From Naegleria gruberi (taxonomy: Eukaryota), in the NCBI GenBank assembly GCA_000004985.1, contig GG738859.1: a stretch of DNA of 64,000 nt; one strand, written 5' to 3'. The notes beneath the pieces are model-generated. The model ran no database searches. It saw only the letters and a program-made list of their open reading frames with translations, and had not been told where the DNA came from. Every line of letters begins with the position of its first letter. Positions within the stretch are counted from its first letter, which is position 1. A program made the position numbers and the translations under genes. Shown in pieces: positions 20,432 to 30,665 of the stretch.

Positions 20432-22648
20432 ATGTCTCGAAAGACACCCAACAGTAAACAACAACAGAAGAAGGTTACGTTCAAGGTTGATGAACATAAT
20501 ACTCCCGAGTCTGTTTTGGTTGAATATATTAAAGTGGGGCAAACTGAGGATATTGAGCAATTGTTTAAGGACTTTTTGATTGATCCTAACTTGCCAATCT
20601 ATGATAAGAATGCTCCTCCTCCATCGGAAAATGATGAACAACAGCCACCGACTAAGGTTGTTAGTGATTATCCATTCCTGTTGGCTACAAGGTTGGGATT
20701 TGTTGATGTTGTTAATATACTTGTAAAGAATAGGGCAAATATAAATATTAGATTGAATGGAGATAATGCCTTCCACATTGCAGTTTTAAATAATGATGAA
20801 CCAATGCTAAAGGCTTTGTTTGAAGTGGAGGCACCCCATCAAATCAAAAAGGGAGCTATGAAAAGAATTGACATTGATTGTGAGAATGATAAGGGATTCA
20901 GACCAATTGATATTGCAATTCAAAACAATAATGCTAGTGTAGTGAGGATTCTGTTGGAAGCAGGGGCTGATTTTGATTTTGATGAGTTAGGGCATGATGA
21001 TCACACTCTCCTCCATCAATCGGCAATAGATGGTGATATTAAGAGATTTAACTTTTTATTGGAATTGAAACAATCACCATACAAGAAGGATGTTAAAAAT
21101 GGAAAGAACATTTTGCACTATGCTGTACTGCATAACAGGAAGGAATTTATTGAGCATTATTCAAAATTGAAATTGGACGAAAACTTAATTTATGGAGAGG
21201 ATATGATGAGAATGACTGCTGTACATGAAGCATGTTTAGCTGATAATTGGGATATTGTCAAGCTATTGACAACAAAATTCAACTTTGACATTAATATGAT
21301 ATTCACTGATAGTATGGCTCTATTGCACAGATTTACCTATTTAAAGAAGCTCGATATTTGTGAAAAAATTATTGGTTTGAAAGCTAAAGTAAACGGAGTG
21401 GACAAGTACGGTAATACACCATTGCATTGGGCTTGTAGTTCAGGTTCTTTGGAAATGGTCAAGTATTATATTGATAAGAAGCTGCCTATCACTGATGTCA
21501 ACAATTTGGGAAATACACCTCTTCATATTGTGTCTCATCTAGGATTTTTTGAGATTGCTGAATTCTTAGCAACTGACAAAAAGATCAATGTGAATGTACT
21601 TAATAAGGAAAATAGAACGCCTCTAATGGAGGCTGTTTCAAAGGGTCACATCAAAGTTGCAGAGCTATTGATGATGAAGGGAGCAAATATTACATTAGAA
21701 GATTCAAAAGGTATGACTCCCCTTCAACTAGCCCTCAATGACAGACAAGAGTCTTGTTGTATCCTTCTCGTTACCAAAGGCGCAGTTGTAAATAGAAAAT
21801 TCGTTCCGTTCATGAGGGAGGCAAGTTTGAGCGACATTAAACAGTACATGTTCCACAACACTGAAGAATGTGCGACTCTATCCAATTACGAGCAAACAAT
21901 GGAGAAACTGAAGCAAGCAGATCCAGGTTTCAAAACAATTTTCCAACAAGCTGTTGCTTACAATATGACCTCCCTTGTTAGAGAAATGGTTAAGAAACAT
22001 GAATGTCCTCTAGACGAAATTGATGTGAATGGCTATACACCACTCATGAATGCTGTCAGAAATCAGAATAGAGAAATTGTAAAAATACTCACAGCTGCAG
22101 GAGCTAATGTACATTATCATGAACCAGTGTGTGGAATTACACCACTGATTCTCTCTACCAAGCTAGGAAATTTAGATATTTGCTCTCACTTAATTCACGA
22201 CTGCAAGGTTCCAACAACTGATGTTGATGAATGCTCTAAGAAAACAGCTCTTCATTATGCATGTAAAGTTGGCAATACAGAAATAGCGAGATTGCTCCTT
22301 ATTAATGGCTCTAAGGTGGACCAAGCTGATTCCCATTCTAGAACTCCTCTCTTTGAGGCTTGTGAGAGTGGTTATCCATCCGTTTGTGAATTGCTATTGA
22401 ATAATGATTCAGATATTGAACATAGAGACAAGGAAGGATTCACCTGTGTTCACATGTGTTGTTTCAGTGGACAAGTCGAATGCTTACAGGTCCTTATTGA
22501 TTATGGAGCCAATTTAAATTCTAAAGACAATGCAGGAAGAACTCCGTTAATAGTGTCTTCTCAAAGTGGGCATACCCTATGTGGCAGATCACTGGTGCAA
22601 GCTACAGCAAGAAAAAACATGATCCAACAACAAGCTTTTTTTGATTAA
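20432..22648 (+). CDS. ankyrin-repeat protein (about 20 ANK repeats)
   Basis: 738-aa single-exon ORF with many ANK signatures (GNTPLHWACSSGSLEMVKYYI, NRTPLMEAVSKGHIKVAELLM, KKTALHYACKVGNTEIARLLL, GRTPLIVSSQSGH). Confidence 0.85.
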   Translation: MSRKTPNSKQQQKKVTFKVDEHNTPESVLVEYIKVGQTEDIEQLFKDFLIDPNLPIYDKNAPPPSENDEQQPPTKVVSDYPFLLATRLGFVDVVNILVKNRANINIRLNGDNAFHIAVLNNDEPMLKALFEVEAPHQIKKGAMKRIDIDCENDKGFRPIDIAIQNNNASVVRILLEAGADFDFDELGHDDHTLLHQSAIDGDIKRFNFLLELKQSPYKKDVKNGKNILHYAVLHNRKEFIEHYSKLKLDENLIYGEDMMRMTAVHEACLADNWDIVKLLTTKFNFDINMIFTDSMALLHRFTYLKKLDICEKIIGLKAKVNGVDKYGNTPLHWACSSGSLEMVKYYIDKKLPITDVNNLGNTPLHIVSHLGFFEIAEFLATDKKINVNVLNKENRTPLMEAVSKGHIKVAELLMMKGANITLEDSKGMTPLQLALNDRQESCCILLVTKGAVVNRKFVPFMREASLSDIKQYMFHNTEECATLSNYEQTMEKLKQADPGFKTIFQQAVAYNMTSLVREMVKKHECPLDEIDVNGYTPLMNAVRNQNREIVKILTAAGANVHYHEPVCGITPLILSTKLGNLDICSHLIHDCKVPTTDVDECSKKTALHYACKVGNTEIARLLLINGSKVDQADSHSRTPLFEACESGYPSVCELLLNNDSDIEHRDKEGFTCVHMCCFSGQVECLQVLIDYGANLNSKDNAGRTPLIVSSQSGHTLCGRSLVQATARKNMIQQQAFFD

Positions 22649-22939
22649 AGAGTAACATTTTTAAATAAGGAAATGACTTGGATTTTAACCTTAAAGATAA
22701 AAAAATTTACAGTCACATATAATTTTTTCAATTCACACTTATCGACTGCAAGGTTCCAACAACTGGAATGATGAATGCTCTTCCCCATATGCAACACCAC
22801 ATATCAACATGTAGCTTTTCCTTCACAAATCACCGACATTCATTTGTCTTCGCGTTTCCAAGTTCACCTCAAGTCCGCCTTTGGGACGGTTTAATCCTAC
22901 ATCACTGATAAAAATAAAAATAAAATTAATAAAAAAAAT

Positions 22940-24687
22940 ATGTCTAACACTACCCAACGTTTAAAGTCTAGAGGAACTTCATTCCTTAGACAAATGAAGG
23001 ATATTGGAACGCTAGCCGTTTCATCATTTGATGATGTAAAGAAGAGTTTAGCAAAAGCAACAAATCAAGACCCTGTACCACCAAAGGAAAAACACGTAAA
23101 GAGTAAGTAGTATAGTAAAATCCTTGCTAACAACATGATGATTTTACAATGATGGTGGTTTATTGTGGTTGTTTAACTAAAATCAATGTAATGATGATGA
23201 TAATAATGAATATTTGTTGGATCTTTAGAATTGATTATTGCTACGGAAACAAATCGTGAACTTAATATGGCGGAATTTGCAAAGGCAGTTTGTAGAGTTT
23301 ATAGAAAGAGTAGTGATTGGCTTACTGCATCAAAAGGATTGCAATTACTTCATAGAATTATTCAAGATGGTTCTGCAGAATTCTGTGATGCAATTGTTCA
23401 AAACGATCCTGAAAAACGTTTCAACATGAGTAAATTCAAGGACAGAAACACTAGTGAAGCAATGGACCAAACTCCATTGGTTAAACAATATTGTAGATAC
23501 TTAGAAGAAAGACTTATCATATATCGTATTTATCAACTCAAGTCACTCCTCCCAGATATGACATTGGATGCCTATGTTACTACGGGTGACATTACTGGAT
23601 GGTTGGATTTGACAGAAAGTTTACTGAGAGCAAGCAATGAACTTGTGGAGTGTTTCGAAATTGTTAGAGCTAAAAAGTCTGTGCTCGGCAATGGAGCTGC
23701 CATTGGATGTTTTACTTTGTGTTTGGATGACAGTTTCGTTTTATACAAATTGTTGGGTGTTTGTGCTACTAAAATTTTGGGTATGTTTTATTTTTGTAAA
23801 TGGATAACGGTTAATTAACATTTTTAGATGAATTTTACAAGGTCTCCATAGTTGATGCTAAGAGAGCTCTCAAAGTTTATGAAAAGTATTGTGAAAGTGC
23901 CAAGCGTCTCGAAAGTATGTTTGAATTCAGTAAGAGTGTACCACAAATCTTCCTCAAGGCTAAACCACCATCCCTCAAATTCAAACCAGAGAGTGTTATT
24001 GAACCAATGAGAGAATATCTTCAATCTAATGGAGGATCTAAAAAGAAACTTGCAATGGAGGATGTTCCAGTAACAGAATTATCATCAATTCTTTCAAAGA
24101 ATGAAATTGATCTCATCAAGGTTTCTTCAGATTTTGACGAAGCACCAAACGGGGGAAGAACAAGTCGTTCATCTAGCATTAAACAAAGAAAGTCTTCAAT
24201 TCTCAGCTCTGAAGAAAAGCCAAAGCCTTCACCATCTAAACCTGCCGTTGATTTGGATGATTTACTTTCATTTGATGCTCCCCCTGCCACCAATATTCCT
24301 CATTCTAACAATGGATTCAATCAACCTACAATCAATCAACCTTCCCGTCAAGATGCTGCCCTTAACATTTTGAGTCAATTCGATCAACCAACCAACAACA
24401 ATTATGGATATGGAAATAATAATCAAATGTGGAACAATAATCAATATGGTGCTAACAACAATCAATATGGAAACCAACCACAATACGGAAATAATCAATG
24501 GAACAATGGAAACCAACAACAATACGGTAACAATCAATATGGAAATCAACCATATGGTAACAATAATGGCTACCAAAATAATAATCCATACTCAAATCCA
24601 TACGGAAACAATCCTTATGGAAATAGTAATCCTTATTCTCAACAGCAACAACCTAACAATAATAACAGCAATAATCCATACTTCTAA
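22940..24687 (+). CDS. ANTH-domain clathrin assembly protein (AP180/CALM-like) with Asn/Gln/Tyr-rich C-terminal tail
   Basis: Three exons: 22940..23102 (phase-1 donor GTAAGT), 23229..23780 (donor GTATGT) and 23828..24687. ANTH-like helices are present (EFAKAVCRVYRKSSDWL..., KRALKVYEKYCESAKRLESMFEF). The C-terminal 120 aa is an NNQYGNQPQYGNN... repeat. Confidence 0.75.
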
Positions 24688-24743
24688 GAAACCAACAAAA
24701 TAAAATAATTTTTTGATTAGATAATGATTCCAATAAGAATTAT

Positions 24744-26111
24744 TTACTGATTAGACATGTAAAAATTTACAAAATCCATAGTGTACAGACTAGTTCTGTA
24801 TGCAAAAACACTGAGATTATCAGGATTTTCAATCCTCAATTTTTTGAAATCCTCATCCTTTAAGAAAAGTTGTCCATCTCCTTCGCCTTGCTCTTTGTAC
24901 AGAGCTATCATCTTTTTCAGTTTGTACTTGTCTTCAAAGGCCCGTGCTAGTACAAATGTATTTCCATTATAATTTACACAATCGGCTGGTTTGAGTTTGA
25001 ACACAGTTTTGGATCTAGATTTTACAATTGGGCGAGGAGAGGCTCCACTGTCACTAGGCGTACCTGGAGGAGTTGGAGTACCTGTTGGATCTGATTGGTC
25101 TGATGAGCTAGAGGCTGTTGATTCTGAGGATTTTCTCTTCTTGGCCTTATTTGGTCTGTCTATTACTTGAGGAGAGTCCATCTCAGGTCGCTTGATCAAC
25201 TTGGTTTGTAGTGGTGGTGGAGGTGTTGCTGGAGGTGTCATTTGTGGATTAGTTTGTCTATTTGGTCTTGGACTAGCCTGTTGTTGTTCAACATAGGTTG
25301 AGGAAGTCGAAGGGTTTTGTTGGGCAAATGCATTGGAGGATAAATGTGGCGACATTCGTTGTCTGAGAGTATGTTCATACCTCTCAATTTGTTTCACCAT
25401 TTCTGAGAGTTGGAGTTGTAATTTGGTAATTTTTTCATTCTTCTTATTTACAATTTCTTGCAATTTCTTGTTTGATTTGGTTAATGTTTCAATTCTTTCC
25501 TCATGTCTGACTACTTGAGCGTATAAAATCTTTCCAAAACTATCCATACTCTTAGAGAATGCACTAGTTGTCTGCTCACTAGCTAATTGAATATCCTCAT
25601 CATTAACTGTGTTTTCTGATGATTCACCCTCAAAAAATGATTTAATTTCCTCATTGTACTTTTGCTCCATTTCTTCAATTTCTTGTTGAGTGAGTATTTT
25701 ATGTTGTTGAGATTGTTCTGTTTGTTGTTGATCCAATCCTTCTTGCTGTTCTTCGATTTCTTCTTGTTCCTCTTCAGAGTTTAGTTTCTCTTGTTCCAAA
25801 CTTCGCATATAATAACTATTATCCTCCAGTGAATTCTTAGCACTTAGATGACTAATGGCTGAAATGTTCAAATCGTCCTCATCATCAGCCATCATTTCAT
25901 CATTGTTATCATCATTTTCCGCATCAGACATTTCATCCTCAATAACTTCTCCCAATTCTCCTCCATCTTGTTGCTTCTCGGAGGCTTCTTCAACTTTATC
26001 AACAATATTTTGTATTGCTGTTGTTATTTCCTCCTTACTTTCTATTTGTCCATTCGGATTCTCTTCGTCTTGTGGTTGAGTAGGAATAATACTTTCATGA
26101 TCAGAGGAATT
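24744..26111 (-). CDS. acidic coiled-coil protein, unknown function (possible 2-codon first exon at 26224..26229)
   Basis: The ORF is open from 26111 to the stop at 24744. The N-terminal half is D/E-rich. There is a heptad-repeat region (LTKSNKKLQEIVNKKNEKITKLQLQLSEMVKQIERYEHTL), a Pro/Thr-rich linker and a conserved-looking C-terminal ~90 aa. There is no ATG in the 5' extension. A candidate ATGGAG micro-exon has a GTTTGT donor at 26223, an acceptor ATAG at 26112, and a 112-nt intron. Confidence 0.5.
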   Translation of the reverse strand, partial: NSSDHESIIPTQPQDEENPNGQIESKEEITTAIQNIVDKVEEASEKQQDGGELGEVIEDEMSDAENDDNNDEMMADDEDDLNISAISHLSAKNSLEDNSYYMRSLEQEKLNSEEEQEEIEEQQEGLDQQQTEQSQQHKILTQQEIEEMEQKYNEEIKSFFEGESSENTVNDEDIQLASEQTTSAFSKSMDSFGKILYAQVVRHEERIETLTKSNKKLQEIVNKKNEKITKLQLQLSEMVKQIERYEHTLRQRMSPHLSSNAFAQQNPSTSSTYVEQQQASPRPNRQTNPQMTPPATPPPPLQTKLIKRPEMDSPQVIDRPNKAKKRKSSESTASSSSDQSDPTGTPTPPGTPSDSGASPRPIVKSRSKTVFKLKPADCVNYNGNTFVLARAFEDKYKLKKMIALYKEQGEGDGQLFLKDEDFKKLRIENPDNLSVFAYRTSLYTMDFVNFYMSNQ

Positions 26112-26682
26112 CTATTCATCAACACACCAATATCAATTCATACATTAAATATCAACGTAGTAATTATTAAAATCGAACAACATTTTCCAATTTTGTTAAT
26201 TTTTTCTTCTGTAAAATACAAACCTCCATTTTGGCGGGAAAGTTTTCAAGTTCTTGCAAATTGCAGAGAAAAGTATTCAGATGTGATGATTAATTTCGGA
26301 TAGAGTGGTATAATTGTAATAAAAAGTATGAAAATGGCTAATGATGATTTCAAGTTGTTGATGATGATAAGTTTCGGAAAGTTCGTGAAATGTTATTAGA
26401 AAGTAAATTAAATTACTTGCTTGATGCCTCTAAAACTTACCCTAGTAGTAATTTTACAAGTAGTGTTAATAAAGCAGAAGTGTATGTGCAAGGTTTCTCC
26501 CACTTTATTTTTAAACAGCCTTGATGATGTAAAGGTTGTCAAAAGTCTTATTTTTTTAATTTTTTTTTAACCACCCCAAACAATGTAAATCTACTTCCGC
26601 ATGGTGCTTGTGAATCCCTTGCAATGACGACAATAAGACTAAAATCAGATCCTCCATTCAAATGAAGATGTGTTATTGTCTT

Positions 26683-27897
26683 TTATTCATCATCAGAAAT
26701 AATGATTGAAGGTTTAAAACGAAGTAAATTGACAGATTCCAATAGGAATGGTTTGTTTTCGAGTTGAGATTGTCTTTCCAATTGAATAACAGCAAAATTA
26801 CCTTCCATTAAGGATCCTATTTCCAAATTAACAACCATTAACAATTTAAAAATAGTGTAATTTGTTAAATATTAAAGATAGATAGTAACACCTTACCTGG
26901 ATTAACAATTGGTAAAGTTCCAACAAGTGATGATCCAGCTCTAAACAAATGAGTATGACCATGAATATGACAAAGACACTTGTTTTGTACTTCATCTTGT
27001 TCAACGAATGCTCTGAGAGTTTCAGATCCTGATGTAATTCCTGGACTGTGAATATTTACCTTTTTGAAGAAGGTAGTATCACATGAGAATGGTCCATTGT
27101 GAGTCATGAAAATGATTTGTTGATTATTGTTGACCTCCTTCATGGATGAAATGATTGATTCCAATTCCTTACCAAATGATTCATCAGATGTGAATGGATA
27201 ACCTTTCCATGCTCCTGAACCTGCAATTTCAGGTGGAGAGACGTGGAATGATGGCACACTTCCTCCGAATCCAGCCAAAACTAATCCATCACATAATTTT
27301 ACAATGGAATTGTGAATAATTGAAACTCCTTCAATTGGACCATTAGAAAATTCATTCTTGAAAAGTGCATCAGGATCGTGCTGTTATTTTTCATTCCAAT
27401 TATTTGTAAATCATTTCATATAATTAATATTCAATTAATATTCGAGTCCATTGAATGGAGTGGATAATGATTATCTCCATTTTGAAATTATCAATAAAAC
27501 ATACATTTCCAGGAATGAGATAAACTTTTGGAGCAAAATTTAACATTTGCTTGGCCATTTCTTCAACATCCTTCAATGATTTCAATTGATATTCCTCACT
27601 TTGATATTGTTCCTTTGTTTTAATATTAACAATATCTCCAGGACAAAGTACAATATCAATCTTTAATTGATTCTTTTCAATAATTTCCTTTACAATACTA
27701 AAATATTGACTATAATTATGTATATCACTCATAATCAAAATATTCAAATGATCCACAACAGATTGTTCCGATTCATCATTCTTTTGTTTTTTACTTTCAC
27801 TTTCCACAATAGTATCCTCTTGTTTTCTCTTGAGTGGATTTTCCGATAGTGTTGATGAAAAAGTTTCTTCGTGATTGCTGGTACTAGGTGAGGACAT
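26683..27897 (-). CDS. calcineurin-like metallophosphoesterase (MPP superfamily)
   Basis: Three exons: 27505..27897, 26897..27380 and 26683..26816. The introns are 27381..27504 (GTATGT..CAG) and 26817..26896 (GTAAGG..ATAG). Metallophosphatase motifs are present: ILIMSDIHN, IVLCPGD, IFMTHNGP, CHIHGHTH. Confidence 0.75.
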
Positions 27898-28058
27898 TTT
27901 TTATTGTGATTGTTACAATTAACAATTAGCTAAGTAATTCCACTTGCGATAGTGACATCCATCTCAGGTAATATGCTCTTGTTGTGATGACATACAAGTT
28001 CTCTATTCATTAACTCTCCAATTCCGATCAAAAAGTTAAAAAAGATAAGAGGAGTATC

Positions 28059-29099
28059 TTATTGTTCTGAATTTGTTGTAGATTGATTCTTTTTGGTATT
28101 GTCAAACTTAATCTTCTTTCCCATGAATTGGATATCTTTGAGTGGCATCTTTTTCAATTGTTCTCTGTACATTTTTTGTTGTTTTTGAATGGCTTTCTTT
28201 CCTCCCTTCGTCTTGGGATTTGAAAAGTTATTGTTTTTCTTGTTATTCTTATTATTGTGTTTGGATGAATTATTGAGAACTGTATTCATTTGTTGCTTTC
28301 TTTGGTGTTTTTTGGATTGATTGAGTTCTTTGAGAGCTTGTTTGTATTCGTTCATATCTTGGCCCTTAATGACAATTTCTTTCTTTTCTTCTTCTTCTTC
28401 ACTGGATGAATCATCTTCACTACTACTGCTTGAAGATGAGTCAGAATCATCTTCACTGCCACTACTACTGCTTGAAGAATCGTCCACAATCTTTTTAACT
28501 GTCTCCTTCTTTTCCTCAATTTCGTCCACATTCGATTTTGCAATTATTACTTTATCCTCATTCTGCATCGACTGCTCAACTTGTGGTTTGGTGAATTTGA
28601 TAGATTTTGCCTTGCCATTGAATTTCTCTTTAAATTTTTCCAATTTTTGTTGTTCTATCGATCGATTAATGATTGAATTCTTCCAAGAAGGATGAATAGT
28701 ATCAATTGGAACCTGAATATTACTCTTTGTCAATTCGAATGGTGTATGTGAAGGTGTAATGAAAATGATGGATGGTGTTGAATCTTGCATAATGACATCC
28801 TCCTTTTCGACAATTAAATTAGATGGTGTATCATCAACAACTTGCTCTTCCTCTATAACAGGTGTGTCCTCCTTTTCATCGTTTTCGACATTGTCATCTC
28901 CCATGGAGGTCATGAAAAAGTTATCATTTTCTTCCTCTTCTGATTTTTCCGATTTTGGACTTGATATGAAAAAATCATCTTCATCCTGTTGTGCTTGTTG
29001 ATTTTTCTTTTCTTCCTCCTCATCAATAAATTGTATCTTTTCCTCTTCTTCCTCTTCCGATGAATAATCATCTCCCAAACTAGTAATAAATGAACTCAT
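28059..29099 (-). CDS. highly acidic Glu/Ser/Asp-rich protein with basic C-terminus (nucleolar/chromatin-type low complexity)
   Basis: 346-aa ORF. There are EEEEEE runs and SSSSSSGSEDDSDSSSSSSSEDDSSSEEEEE. A KKHQRKQQ...KNNKKNNN basic tail follows. Confidence 0.5.
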   Translation of the reverse strand: MSSFITSLGDDYSSEEEEEEKIQFIDEEEEKKNQQAQQDEDDFFISSPKSEKSEEEENDNFFMTSMGDDNVENDEKEDTPVIEEEQVVDDTPSNLIVEKEDVIMQDSTPSIIFITPSHTPFELTKSNIQVPIDTIHPSWKNSIINRSIEQQKLEKFKEKFNGKAKSIKFTKPQVEQSMQNEDKVIIAKSNVDEIEEKKETVKKIVDDSSSSSSGSEDDSDSSSSSSSEDDSSSEEEEEKKEIVIKGQDMNEYKQALKELNQSKKHQRKQQMNTVLNNSSKHNNKNNKKNNNFSNPKTKGGKKAIQKQQKMYREQLKKMPLKDIQFMGKKIKFDNTKKNQSTTNSEQ

Positions 29100-29246
29100 T
29101 TTTTTTGAAGTTTTCTAATTGCAATATTTAATTTTATTTACAAATTTAATATTAATTTAAATAATAATAAATAATCATAATATTGTAGGAATAGATGTAA
29201 AATAAATTATATTTTCCTAGAATTAAATCTTAGATTAATTTTTCTC

Positions 29247-29972
29247 TTATTTAGTTTGAGCATTTGCCTTTTTAGCAGCAATTTTAGCTTGTAATTTTTG
29301 TTTGACATCGTCAGCTGTTGCTTTAACAGCTCTATTGGAGACTCCCATCCTTGATAAGTGAGATTTTGTGTTGCAATGATCGATATAGGCATGTGAATCT
29401 CTAAAATTCCTGTCACATACTTTGCAATAAAAGCCAGCCATCTTGGTTGGATCTACAGATTCTTCCTTTTGTTTTGATTTTACCTTTGTTTTGGAATTTG
29501 GTAATAATTGTTTTCCATCGGAAGTAACATCAACAATACCCTTCTTTCCCACTTGGTTATCAGTTAGCAGTTTACCTTCTCTAGCTTCGAGTGGCTTTCT
29601 TTGAAGTGCCTCCGATCTAGAAATGCTAGGCTTTCTCTTCTCATCCGAATCAAAATTGGCTCCTCTATTCATTCTATCCATTGCTCTTTGTTCATAGGTA
29701 TGATCATCCCATGCTCTTCTTCCGAACATGCCTTTTTTAATTCCATTATTATTATCATCATCACTTGATACTTGATCGGAAACTACATGTTGTTTTGTCC
29801 TATTATTATTAGTATTTTCGTCCACTTCTTCCGAATATTCCTGTTGTTCTTCTTGTTGCTCCAAAATTGTTTGTAAATTATTTTCTCGATCAATTGATTC
29901 TTCCTCCTTCATAATCAAATTATTGTCATGGTGTTGGTGTGATGATTGCTCTTTATCATTTTGTTCAGTCAT
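29247..29972 (-). CDS. U1-type C2H2 zinc-finger protein, ZMAT2/Snu23-like (tri-snRNP component)
   Basis: 241 aa. GRRAWDDHTYEQRAMDR is followed by a matrin/U1-type finger (YCKVCDRNFRDSHAYIDHCNTKSHLSRMG). It is collinear with ZMAT2/Snu23 (RRTWDRDEYE...[25 protein letters not shown]). Confidence 0.7.
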   Translation of the reverse strand: MTEQNDKEQSSHQHHDNNLIMKEEESIDRENNLQTILEQQEEQQEYSEEVDENTNNNRTKQHVVSDQVSSDDDNNNGIKKGMFGRRAWDDHTYEQRAMDRMNRGANFDSDEKRKPSISRSEALQRKPLEAREGKLLTDNQVGKKGIVDVTSDGKQLLPNSKTKVKSKQKEESVDPTKMAGFYCKVCDRNFRDSHAYIDHCNTKSHLSRMGVSNRAVKATADDVKQKLQAKIAAKKANAQTK

Positions 29973-30665
29973 TTTTTTCTGGTTATTAATAAGTCAATTA
30001 AGAAACATGGATTGAGACACCATGCTGTAGATTGAATCTTGTACTACTAAATTGGATTTGATACCAACAAACTTCCAGATATTGAGCTGGGATCGACTGA
30101 AAATCTTCAAAGTCTATGGTCGTCTAGAGCTAGGTTTGATACAGAATGATAAACTTCTGTAAATGTATTTAGCAGGAGTGTATTTTCTTGACTATTCAAT
30201 GTTGTGATTCGAGGAAATAAGTTCATTGAGCCATTTATTGAGGAGTTGTTATTTACTGTCATTTTTCTCTCCAATGGAAAACTAACCATTTCTTAATGTG
30301 AATCAGCAGTATTATCCAACAACTCTGGTTCTATAACTGGACAACTATCATTTGGTTTTCAATAACCTCGAAGCACCAAAAACAGGACTCTGAGAACTAA
30401 GGAAGGTTAATGACATGTCCATCTACAACATACTTCATCGCTTGTACTTGATCATTTTATGATTGTTATTGTCTGTTTTCTTCACATTTTTTCTTGTTCC
30501 AATAACTTTTAATAAGGTTCATTAATGAATCTCACGCCTGAGATTACTTTTACATAATTGAAAAATGCCATCGACCATATTAGTTCACTGTTTAAACTGT
30601 TTTGGAATTTTTGAGATCCATACAGCATCTTAATTGCTTCAAAAAACAAACACAAGAAGAAGAGA

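Noticed and set aside
22731-22800. Pseudogene call for the duplicated ankyrin fragment
   Set aside because: Only about 45 bp is duplicated, which is too short to call a pseudogene. It is recorded as a micro-duplication finding instead.
24404-24703. Asn/Gln/Tyr-rich and Ser/Asn-rich tracts as candidate microsatellite or mobile repeats
   Set aside because: They are in frame within conserved genes (ANTH protein C-tail, RGS, FAR N-terminus). They represent coding low-complexity regions typical of amoebozoan proteomes.
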